From positions 310,001-374,000 of the forward strand of contig MU008200.1 in assembly GCA_010909165.1 (NCBI GenBank): a DNA stretch of 64,000 bases. The letters are read 5' to 3'. Each line of letters begins with the position of its first letter. Position 1 is the stretch's first letter. Both the position numbers and the translations under genes were made by a program. Shown here piece by piece: positions 46,411 through 58,184 of the stretch. The notes beneath the pieces were generated by a model that was not told where the DNA came from, ran no database searches, and saw nothing but the letters and a program-made list of their open reading frames with translations. Origin of the DNA: Anthoceros angustus. Lineage: Eukaryota > Plantae > Anthocerotophyta.

Positions 46411-47045
46411 CCAATGTCAAACTGTGGAATGCAAAAGTTTGGGCAACCAGCCCAAAAGAGCCAGAGGAAGCACGAACTTGATTTTTTTTGGCTGAAAACG
46501 ATTGAAGAGGATCATGCTGGAAATTTTCAGGAAACCTTGGAGTTGGAGCTGTAGGAAGGCATAGAGGATATCGCAGGGAAAAGAAACGTGTCAGAATAGC
46601 CCCTAGGCGAGAGAGGAAGGCAGCCCAAGGGCGGTGGTGTGAGACTCACCGTGAGGCTCACACTCTGCCATTGAAGGGAAGAGCAGACTACCACGGTAGG
46701 CGGCAGCCATGATGGTGACAAGATCTCGGCCAGAAAAGGAAATTAGTCTAGGGGGGGATATCCACTATATATGCTCACTAATAGAGGAATAGATAAATAG
46801 GATTAATTGATTGGGGTCGCGAATAGGGTAGGAAAATAGGTAATTTAGGCAGGCTTAGGTATTTTAGGATGTTGAACCAAATCTAGGGTTAGGAACTCTC
46901 CACGTGGCAGACATCCAAGAGGGCAAAGTGCAGTTTTGGGCAGCGCTACCTTCACTTCGTGAAGAGCTGGAGTTGGAGCGTAAGAGTAAAGAGCAGAAGG
47001 AAGGACGGCTACCATCGCTGCGAGAAAAGGAAGCCGCCGTCGCCA

Positions 47046-50000
47046 CGAGCGAGAAGGGACTTGTCTTGGTCTACCTCTATCCCTCGTGCTGATACCCGAT
47101 GCCCCAGCAAGATTCCCTTCGTCATTCCAAAGTAACATTTCTCCGGGTGCAGGCACAGTTGAGTCTCCCTACAGCGTTCCAAACACTTCCGTAGGTGGCC
47201 GATGTGCTTGTCCTCCTCTCCATGCACACAGAAGTCATCCAAGAACACCTCCATGAAATCCCTCAGGAATTCCCGAAAAACGTTGGTCACCATTCGCATG
47301 AACGATCATGGCCCTCCCGTCATCCCAAAAGCGCTCCTATTGTAGGCCAACGTTCCCCATTCCGTCGTGAATGTGGTTTTGTCCCAGTCCGACTCCCTTA
47401 GGTGCAGTTGGTTGTATCCAGAGTATCCGTCCAGAAAGGAGTAGGTACTTCGGCCCGCCACCTTGTCCAATATATCATCTACGAAGGGCATGGTCCTTCC
47501 TGGTGGCGGTGTTGAGCTTCCTCCAATCCTGGCAAACTCTAATCTGTCCAGGCTGCTTCTTGGGTACCACTACAATAGGTGCGACCCACTCACTGTTCAC
47601 AATTGGAAAGATGATGTTCGCCTCCAAATACTTGTCCAGGACCTCCTTCACTTTCAGCGAGTGTTTGGGGTTCAGCTTGTACTGGCGAATCCGGACGGGC
47701 AACGCACCCGGCTTCAAGTCTATCCGGTGTTCTCCCCATTGTTTCGAGATACCCTTCATGTCCATGACCTTGAAAGCAAATACTTCGCTGAGTTCCCCCA
47801 ACAGCTGTATGAGCTCCTGCCTCAATTCTTTTGGCATCCCCTTCTTGAGCTTTAAGGACTTGCCCGGTCGTACCTCCACATCTTCTACGTCGTCCGGGTT
47901 GACTGTCTCCCGCTCCCGCACAGCCTCGCTACGCCCAAATCCCTCGTCCTCCACCCGAGCATCATCTTCGCGCATCCCCCACTCCCGGAAAAGTTCGTCC
48001 GAGGTGAAGCGGGTCACTTCTTCAGCCTCCGCCGTTTCGTCATCCGCGGAAACCTCCTCTCCTTTACCGTCCTCCGACGCCTGGCTCATCACGGCGTCCA
48101 CCCGAAAGCAGTCGACGACCTCCGCTCCAAAGGCATCCCTCCGATAGTCCATCTCCTCCTTAGACCACGAAATTTTGGGGAAAGGATAGGCTTTGTTCAT
48201 ATCCTCTCGTTCGTCGTCAACACTATTCTCGGCAGAGGTGTACCCCTCAGTAGTGCTCACAGTCTTCCCACAGTACGTGTCCTTGCTCCAGGTGATCGCC
48301 ACCCGTCCTTCCCTTACCTTCGGATCCCAATCCACTGGTTTAAAGTGGATTTTCTTCCTGCCGAAGTGTAACTTCGTTTGGGCGAGACCGAGCCAGGGAC
48401 GTCCCAACAACACCTCATAACCCAAGGGTCCTGCGGGGCTTGATGACCACGAAATCCAGCATGTATGGTTCTTGGCTTGAATTTCGGACAGCTCTCCTGC
48501 CGGCGCGCGTCTTGACATGTCCGCCATCCTCAGAGTTTTGGTTGAGGTTCGAACGCAGTGAACCCCAAGCGTCGAGCCGTGGCCTCCGTGATGAGGTTGA
48601 CCCCCGAACCCGTATCTAGGGGCACGTTCTTGATGACGCATCCTGCGATTTCTACCTGAACCACTGGCGCTCCTGGGTCCGTGTGGGATACTACTCTTAC
48701 CTCCACCGAGTTGGTCTTACGGGCGGGGGTGCCTCGTCGTGGCTGCGTGTCCTTGATGGCTCGCTGGACCTCCTGCCAGGTTATACCTTAGCAGCTGTCG
48801 AAACGATACTAGGTGCTGTTGGTTCATCATTAGGTCCGCCACTTTGAATGGTTTGGGGGACTCCGTAGGCATGCCGTGTGTTCGCTGCAAACCCCCGAGC
48901 TCTCCACCACCGCCCCGCTGTGGCCGGACCATCTCCGGATCCTGTCGGATTTCTTCCTGTAGCATCTCCGTTACCTCCCGGACCACATCCGGCGGAAATT
49001 GGGGCGATATCTTGGGTGGGTCCGTGCTTCCTTTCCCGTCTTGGGGATTTCTCACCGGGTGATTCCTCCGGCAGAGTTGCCCGGTTCAACTCTCCCTCAT
49101 TGGCTGGATCTTCCGCTGCCCTCCCTGCTTGAGTACCCTCCTCCGTATCCGTAGTACTCTCTCCGTTCTTCTTCCTCTTCAGCTGCCTTCTTTCCTTTCT
49201 CTCCCTCCGGCGGCTTCGGGTCGACACCTACAGCGCCTCCGTTACCACCTTCTCTACCTTCGGGACTGTCCCTTCCCGGTCACGCTCCCCCGTCTTCGGC
49301 GTCTCCTCCCACTCCGCCAGTTGTGCGTCTTCAATCTGCAATACAGGCGCAGCCTTGGGGATGGGGGGTGTGGGAAGTCGTGGTTCCCCAGCAGGTGTGG
49401 CGTAGCGCACCATCCTGGTGCGGGGGTTTGGGCACAATGTGCTACCGCCATAACATGTTGCAATCCCCAGGCTCAAAATCTCCATTACCCTGCCTAGTGG
49501 GGTATGGACAGGCATTGGAATAGTGCCCGGGGTTGCCACAATTCCAGCAGACTACGGCCACCCGGAGAATCCCTGGGGGTGCTCCCATACGATGTTGCAT
49601 CGGGGGTCAGGGCAGGGACGGACCCCCCGCAGAGGGATACATTGTCTTTGGATATCGCGGCCCCTGAGGTGCTTCCTGCACTTGATAGGCATCCTCCCAT
49701 TGCTCCTCTAACTCTTCTTCATACTCATACTCCACTTGGTTCAAGGGTCTTGAGGGACAGTTAGCCTTCGAGTGCCCATGTTGGTGGCATACTGCACACC
49801 ATAAGTGGGTCCTGACCGTGGTGGCCGCCTTCCGCCTCTCCCGATCCTTTACCTGATTGATCGTTAGCTCTTCTACCTTCTTCATTACCCGCTCCAAGTC
49901 CTCCCTCAAGCCAACTACTTCCTTTAAGGGGGCCGGATCCGCTGGAGCCTCCTGCATCGGAGCGGGCATCACGACCTCCTTCTTCCCGCCTTTCCGTTTC

Positions 50001-50289
50001 ACCACGGGCTTCTTCTTTTTGTTTTTCCGACGGAGTTCCTCCTCCTCCGTAGAGGCTTCTAACTCCACCTCTAAGATCTCCTCCTCCTCCTCCGAAGAAA
50101 CCTCGGTCTCCTCACCTTCCTCTTCCGAGGGTTTCTCTTCTTCGAACTCCGAGCCCCTTCTCTTCTTCTTCTTCTTTCCCCTTGGGTAGTTTTCGTTCTT
50201 CGTTGGTGCATTGATTCCTCGTAGTTCTCGGCCGCCCGAACCGCCTTGCTCACATCTTTCTCGGCCAGCAACAGAACATGCTTGGCCAT
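47046..50289 (-). mobile_element. Non-chromovirus Gypsy (Athila/Selgy-like) gag-PR-RT, truncated at both ends
   Basis: CAVCHQHGHSKANC, VPLDTGSGVNL, YEVLLGRPWL, SEWVAPIVVVPKK, FLDGYSGYNQ, VFLDD, LHPEKC. Confidence 0.9.
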
Positions 50290-51050
50290 TGTGGGAGGAA
50301 AACCGGGGCTTAGGCTTCCTCCTAAGCGGCCACACTTGTCGCCAAACCCGTGCGTTGGGTTTGTCCCATGAGACTCGTGTGAAAGTTCGAGGTCTTGTGA
50401 TGGCCGCTGCTTGCAGTGACACAATTTCAGGCCCTCAGCCAAGGCGCCTCTACTCTCCCTTTCTGGCGTGCACTACTTGCTGCTCAGAAAAATCACCAAT
50501 CCTCGACCTGGCGGCCACACAATTGTAGGTCACCTTATGACGAGCCTATCACAGGCGCCGGACCCCGATCCACACACAATTTCGTCCCTACTTCTGACCA
50601 CTCTTCTCCCTCGGGAGGCGCTCGTTTACTTGCAGTTGGGATTAGTCCCTTAGGCTCTGCACTGTGGCCTTCCACTAGCAGCTACACTTTTAATCCTCTA
50701 CTCATCTTCTCCTCTTCCTCCTATTCTAACCTCAGTTCGGGCTTACTGGATTCGGCTCGCCCTTACGGCACAATTACAGGGTCGGCCTCCACCGGAAGTT
50801 CTTCCTTGGGCAGTTGCTATGTGGTTTGACAGGCAGTGAACCTCCGAGTCTTTCCGTAGTCTACCCTCAAGCCGAGAGTTCACAGGCATTGCCACACCCA
50901 AAGCAAAGCAATTTCCGGCAACCATTCACAAGAACCTTTCGTTTAGGCACTTGCGAGCAAGTCCTCCACCAAGCACTCACCACTGCGACTTCCTCTCTAC
51001 AGTGTTCGTTGGCTCACATGACCGCACGAAATTCCTTACGGGGGCAAGGG
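50290..51050 (-). mobile_element. Family B LTR (partial)
   Basis: Collinear with 53611-54405 and ends ...TCCCACA on the - strand. Confidence 0.8.
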
Positions 51051-53610
51051 CAGTTCCTCCTCCGGCCTCGCCCGCCCGGTGGGCGTGCTCGGAGGAAGCG
51101 GATCGTTCTCCTCTCGTTTGGCCTTCCTCGCTCGCCCAGGGTAGGTTGCTGTCTACCTAGTAGGCGCCTGGAACTCTTGGTAGTCTGCATCCTTTCGGTA
51201 GGGTGGGCCCGTTCCTCCTCCTCTTCGCACGGCTGGACGCCTTGCGTCTCTGGAGGCCAAGGTGAGTCGTCCCTCACCTTCCTCCTCTTTCTTTCCTCCT
51301 GCTCGTGCCGTTTCTCCGACCTTCGGCCTTTCTCCCGTCGCTCCGATCGGGTGGTCACCTTGGCCACCATCAATCCTTCATCTGCGCTCATCTCTCCTTG
51401 TACCTTCCTCCACAATTCACGATGTTGTTGCCTTTGGATTAAAGAAATCATATTCCGCTTCCACCTTTAGCACGGGCGTCGTGGTCACCGTGATCGCGGT
51501 TTCAGGGTTGGGTCGTGCCTCCTCTACCATAGGTTCCGTGAACCGGACCCCTGGTCGCGTTGTGCCACTCGCGCCACTCCCGAACACCTGGGATCCCCCA
51601 TCTTATGCCCCAATTCCTTGCATACCTGACAAAAGGGCACATAACCCACTTGCTTCCGAGGTTCTGGGCATTCGTTTGAGTAGTGACACGGTGCTCGCAA
51701 TTATAACATCCTGTGGAATCGCCGGCCTCATGAATCCGGTCTCCATGGTCTGGCGATGTCGGTCGCGATCCATACCTCGAGGCGGTGTAGCGGTTGGTAA
51801 GTCGCCCTCATTGATTGAGGTGGCCGACTTCCGGTGTTGCACACGTAAGCTTCATCCACATACCAATAATCCTGGCATGACGGTTTCCACATGATTTACC
51901 GCATGGCGTGCGTGTGTGAATACATTCGGTTGGTGTGTCCCGTTTGATGACAAATTGAGCAATACACCATTGTCTCAGGTGAGGAGATCTCGTGAGCTTG
52001 ATTCTTCGCTTTGACCTCTAATTCGGTCAATCTTTTTTTAAAGCCTCCACTTGTCGGCAATTCCACCTCCTGCGGACGTTTCTCCTTCTCCATCCGGACC
52101 GTCTTCCCTTTCTCTCCTTCTCCAGCGCGTTCCGCCTCTTCCTCTCTTTGACCTTCTCCGGGTCCTTCTTCATTCGCGTTCGTAGGCCTTCTCGATTCCT
52201 CATCAGATGTGGAGCTTTCTTGAGTTCATTGTCCTCACTCGAGGATGAGGGCGGTGGAGGAGGGAGGAGGAAGGCGAGAGCTCGATCTCGACCCTTTCCT
52301 CTTCTTATGACTTGCTCTTCTTCCTCCTCCTCCCCAACTCGGCGGACTCCCATTCCTCGGATCGGAGGCTCCAGCGTCTTCGTCCACGTCTGCGGTGTAC
52401 CTCCATTTTTTGACAATCCACTCACAAACCAATCCAGCGCTTGCTCTTGTGAGTACCAGTGGGTGGATCTCCGGCCTCTCGGGTGCACATTTCGGAACTC
52501 GATCCAGATATCCGTAGAATCTCTCCACATAATCAAACAGGGATTCTCTCTTTTTCCTACGGGTCCTCAGCTTTGCCAAAGTATGGTGTGCGTAACTGAG
52601 CCCTCGGAACCGATTCAAGAAGGCTGCTTTGAGAGCTTCCCAATCCGTTGGTGCCACCGTGTTGTAGGTGCGACCATACCATTGTTGCGCATGCCCTCTC
52701 AGCAGTCCAGGAAAGATGCGCAGTCGATCGGCGACTCCATCCTCCAAATTAGCGTGGGAGACGTGCTCAAAAGTTCTCACAAACGCCTCCGCGTCATCTC
52801 CTTCTTTTCTGTGAATTTGGCGTTGTTGGCGGTATGGGCGGCCCTCCTCCAACTCCACTCATGTTGCTCGTCCGGCGTTGCTACTTCATGCTTCTTCTTC
52901 CCTCGGTGGACGAGAGCGGTTGGGATCTTGGTCTTGATCGCGGAGGAGTAGCGACCTCCCTGGCCGTCCCAAAGATCGAGTTGGGCGGTCCGATCGAGGC
53001 GTTCGCCAAATCCTCCGACCAGCGAAACTCCCGCTCACCACCTCGTCGTCATTTATTTGGGTTGGATTCGAGTCTCGCAAGCGTCGTGGAAATTCGCGTC
53101 GCGGAAAGTGAGTCGGCGCTCGGGAGGATGTCTCCTCCTCTCCTCAACACCAACACTTCCTCCACAACCTCCTTCCGGTGATCTCGCTCTTCTTCCTCCT
53201 CCTCCTCTTCTTCCTCCGATCCGTCCTCCGTCGACCACGCTCCTCTGCGTCGTCGCGGCGCCTCTACTCTCCCTCTTCTCCTCTTCTTCCTCGGCGGGTG
53301 GCGGCAGTTTCTTCTCTCAAACGATTCCTCCGTGAGCGCGTAAATCCCTTGCGATGGTGGCGACCTTCACGTCTTCTCCTCGAGATCGTCCCCTACGGAC
53401 ATCGCAAGCATCCTCATGTCCTCCAACCCACGGTTGTTAAGAAGGAAGCAATCACACCCTTTAGTGTCTCATTCACCCCTATGACAACTTAGAGGCGAAT
53501 TCCTTCTTTACAACATATGGTGACCCCTCGGTCCCTTTGACATTACGTGCCTAGCGATGGAAACCACAAAACTTCAAACTTTCAACAACAAGTCCCGACA
53601 GCGCCAAAAA
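51050..53610 (-). mobile_element. Family B PBS (tRNA-Asp-like TGGCGCTGTCGGGA, 53593-53606) and gag; pol deleted
   Basis: TTTTTGGCGCTGTCGGGA follows the LTR end. DDAEAFVRTFE...LRGHAQQWY...DWEALKAAFLNRF, knuckle YCSICHQTGH. Confidence 0.85.
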
Positions 53611-55720
53611 TGTGGTAGGAAAACCGGGGCTCGAGGCTTCCCACTCTAAGCGGCCACACTTATCCCACTTGTCGCCCGTCGTTGGGTTTCGTCCCATGAG
53701 ACTTGTGTGAAAGTTCGAGGTCTTGTGATGGCGTCGCTACTGCGGTGACACTTCTCGGCCTTCTAAACAAGCAAGGCGCCTCTACTCTCCCTCTTCTCGG
53801 TGCACCACTTGCCTTTGCTCGAAAAATCACCAATCCTCGACCTACAGCGACACAACACAATTGAGGTCCTGCCTTAGAGCGAGCCTATCACGGGCGCCAG
53901 GGACCCCACTGATCCACACCGCAATTTCGTCCCTACTTCTAAGACCACTCTTCTCCACTCGGGAAGCGCCCTTTTACTTGCAGATTTGGGATTCGTCCCT
54001 TAGGCTCTGCCTGTGGCCTTCCACTAACACCTACACCTCTAATCCTCTACTCATCTTCTCATCCTCTTCCTCCTATTCTAACCTCAGTTCGGGCTTACTG
54101 GCTTCGGCTCGCCCTTACGGCACAACTGCCAGGGGTCGGCCTCCACCAGCAAGTTCTTCCTTGGGCCGGTTGCTATGAGTTTGACACCGGTGAGAACCTC
54201 CGAGTCTTTCCAGTAGTCTACCCTCAAGCCGAGAGTTCCACAGGCATTGCCACACACCCAAAGCAAAGCAATTTCACAGCAACCATTCACAAGGGAGCAA
54301 CTCGTTTAGGCACTTGTGAGCAAGTCCTCCACCAAGCACTCCGACCACCGCGACTTCCTCTCTGCAGGTGCGTTGGCTCACGGCACGAAATTCCTTTACA
54401 AGGCAAAGGACTCGAGTATGGGCGCAAAGGCGTGATACTTTACTTTGTGAAATCCTCCTCCTCTTATAGGAGGCCTTCCACATACAACCTCCCCTTAGGT
54501 GACCCTCTGCAGGTCACCTTTTCCAATATTCTATTATTTCCTACACGACATTTAATGCAGCACCTAAGTCTATCGATCCTTGGTAAATTCTATTCTAGTA
54601 ACTTCACCTAAGATCATCCTTAAAGGATGTCAGTCTACACCACCTATCCTTCCCATTCCCCAAAGCTCATTTATGGTCATTGACCATTCACAATCCTTAT
54701 CTTGCTGGGGTGGCGACGTGTTCCTTGTGGGTTGGCTCCCTCGCCCTCCTTTTGCTCCTGTCCCTTCCCCAGATCCTGTCGTCTTCCTGATGTGTGGGGC
54801 AAGTACAATTGCCCTTCCTCCATCTCAGCGGGCGGCGCCACATTCCCCTCATCCAGCAATCGCGCCCCTCCCGCGCGCTCGGGCGCCGCCTCGCTCGCCC
54901 TGGCGCTCCTTTTCAAAGGGCTCTAGCGGTAGTCGGCGAGACTAAAGGGGTAGGTTACCTACCGGTAGTCGACCTTTCTCCCTTCCTTCCTTCTCTCTTC
55001 ACCTGTGATGACTCTTGGGGTTGAGATCCTCTTCGCTCCTTGCCTCCTGTTGTTTGATTTGTCCATACCTATCATGGAGCGTGTCTTCAAAGGATCCTTT
55101 TCCTCCAACGTTGTCACTAACTCCTGCGGGGCCTCATTGCATTCGTCTCCTCTCCTGGCCCCGGTTCCTCCCTTGTCCGCGGGGTGAGGGAATTTCTTAC
55201 CCCTCCCCCTTCCTCGACGGGTCGGACCCCGTCCTTAGTCTCCTTTGGTGGGGTTGTCTCTCCCACCACCTCAGCTGCTCCTCCAGGGGGTATACTACCG
55301 GACCCCCTGGCTCCTTCATCCTCGGCCTCGCGGCCGTCTCTCAGCCAGGCTCTGCGCGTGCCTGCCCTACCGTAGTCAGCGGACTACCGGCGTGGTGTGG
55401 GTCTACCGCGGTAGTCGGACTACCGTGGTAGGCTGGTCACCTACCGTGGTAGGTCGACCCCCCAGGAGGGCGGGATGTCCCCCCTCCTTGCTCTCCGCGC
55501 CATCTTCCACTCTTGGTGCCGCGGCCTCTCCTCCTTCCTCTGATTCTTCAGACTCCTCGGAGTCCATGTCGCTCGCGGCCTCATCAAAGTCTGAGGCCTC
55601 CGGTTGCACCTGTTGCAACTCCTTCCTGTCATCATCATGAGGACCTATTGTCCTCCTCTTGGCCAACCGCAACACCTCGTTGTTGGCCTTCAATATCCTG
55701 TTGTGAAGATGGTCGCTCAA
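53611..55720 (-). mobile_element. Family B extra-ORF end, 3' spacer and LTR shared with the downstream unit
   Basis: 55403-55720 is homologous to 43625-43930. LTR homology covers 53611-54405. Upstream LTR boundary not determined. Confidence 0.7.
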
Positions 55721-58184
55721 AAACGGTGTTCTCATGTCTGTTTTTGCTTCTTTCTTTTGCCATCGTGTGGCCTCCATTTGCAGCCCTCCTGACTGCTCAC
55801 CCTTGAGGAGCATTTTAGCCTCCTCCTCGCGCCCATGCTGGCGCCCTCTTATCCTCTCTCGGATTTCCAGATTGTCCTGCTGCAACTCTTCCTTCACAAC
55901 GCTCCCTTCTTGCTCATTTGGCCTCTCTGCTGGCAACAAGACTTGCTGATCAATCCTTAGGCCGTCTACAACATGCTCACGTCCTCCCCCTTCGACCCAA
56001 GCCGCGTCAACCAACTCCTCGTCAGGAAATCGGTCATCTGTGGCCTCAAGTCGTTCTCGGTTTGAGACGAGAAATAAAATCAGCGACGATCTTGCTTCAC
56101 AGCCTAGTTTCCGTCATAATCAAATTCTTGCAGCGATGGTACCCACCGGCAATCCTTCACGACAAATCTGTTTACAAGGTACTTCAGCGAAATGGTCAAC
56201 ATGAAGCGTCACCTTGCAAACAAGCGGATAGTGTCTAAACTTCTTACGAGTAAATGATTCCAAGACCCTCCGCTCTGTGGTTGAGTAGTTCTTCTCAGCA
56301 TCCGTGAGCTGTCTGCGGCATAGAAAATAGGATGATCCCGTTTCTTCTCGTCCTTTTGGCTTAGGATGGTCCCAATGGCATAAGCGGACACATCCACATA
56401 TACATGGAACAGTTTTTCCCAGTCTGGCGGCTGTAACGTTGGTGCGCTCACCAGGCTGTCCTTCAGCTGATGAAAAGCCTCCTGTCTTGCACTCGTCCAT
56501 TTAAAGGGTACATCCTTCTTGGTCAATTGTGTCAGCAAGGCTGCCTTCTTAGCAAAATCCTTGATGAACCTCCTGTAATATCCTACCAGTCCTACAAAAG
56601 CACGCACCTACCTCACCATTTGGGGTGCATCCATCTCCTTCTCGCCACCTTTCTTTATCTACGCACTCGCACTGAAACTCGATGTAATACTAACAGGCCT
56701 CTCCTCATCGAAATAACAATTCCACGGATGAAGTTTCATGTTGGAGCTCTGCATACGAAACACTTGTCTTAAATGGTCTAGATCGGTTTCCTTTTTCCCA
56801 AACAGAAAATCATCCGGAATACCTCCATAAACTTCGCAGAAGTCTCGAATATCGCGTTCACCACCATTTGGAAAGTAGCGGGCGCATTGCACAACCCAAA
56901 GGGAGCTTGAATGGCGTGGTTCCCAATCTGTTGTGAATGTTGTCTTGTCGATCTTCCTTCAGCGGAAATCGATTGTACCGAATAGCCGTCAAGAAACTAT
57001 ACATCCTCATGTACTCATGTCGGTACACTATCCATGAACGGCAAGGGGTGGTGATCCTTCTTCGTTGCCTCGTTGAGCGTCCTGAAATCTTGGCACACCC
57101 GAACCTTCCCCTGCTGCTTCTTGGGCACAATCACGATGGGAGCGACCCACTCGCTAGTGAGTACCGGGTAGATTACTCCTGCCTCCAAATATTTGTCGAG
57201 TTGATCTTTAACGACCATGGAATACTTGGGGTTCAGTCTGTACTGCTTGATTCGAAGGTGGCGGTCCAGCAAATGGACGCGCAGGAGCAAGTGATGCCTA
57301 CCCAAGCCATCAAAATCCGGGATATGGAGGAAGAATTGCGAAGGACCCGGTATAATTTGGAGGCTGAAGCGGGCAAAGCTCTCAAGACCACAATTCACGG
57401 AGGCCTTGAGAAGAATGCTTAGCAAGCGGAGAAGGAGGGCTTGCCCAGGTTGCGGACTGGGCGAAGGAGGTCCCAAGAGGAGGGCACCACAGTGGTGCAC
57501 AAGATCTGGTGTTGAGGAAGCGAAGATTTGGGCGGTATGCCCTTCAAGCGAAATTGCTTGACCATTGCGGGAAGCAAGGGAGGAGAATGTGACCCTCCAT
57601 GTGAAGGTGGGAGAATTGACCACTCAAGGATGCCTACAAGGGTAGGTGTGAAGATGGAGAATGGCCCGCAGGTGGGCGATCTCCAAATGCATTATCGATT
57701 TGGGCTCATGGTGCTTGCCTCCTTCAAAATTCGATTCGATGTATCCCTAGTTCTTCCAGAATTCCTCTGATGTCAGTAATCTTGAAGGCAAACACATCGA
57801 CATATTCCCTAAGCACACTGCGAAACTCCTCTTTCTCTACCTGTACTAGATACCTAGAAATCTTGACCACTTTGCTAGGTTCTAACTCTAAGTCTTCTAC
57901 GGCGTCGGGGTCTACATACGTCCCCTCCGGGCTACTACCTGCACTAGTTCCGGATCCCTCCTCAGGAAAATCATGATCATAAGCCCTACCTCTCCAAAAG
58001 GCTACTCCCTCTCTATGTACCTCATCTTCCGACTCTTCTACGACATCCTCTACATGTAAGCAGGAATACACCAAAGCACTCTTTATTTCGGCGACCTCAA
58101 TTGAGGGTCCCCGGTAGGCTCGGTCACTGCCCGAAGAGCTCACTCCCGTACTTCCCGAGGTGTACCCATCGGACTGGAGCGCAG

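Noticed and set aside
47371-52951. Long + strand Ser/Phe-rich ORFs (e.g. 47371-48147, 52148-52951)
   Set aside because: Antisense shadows of purine-rich gag/pol frames.
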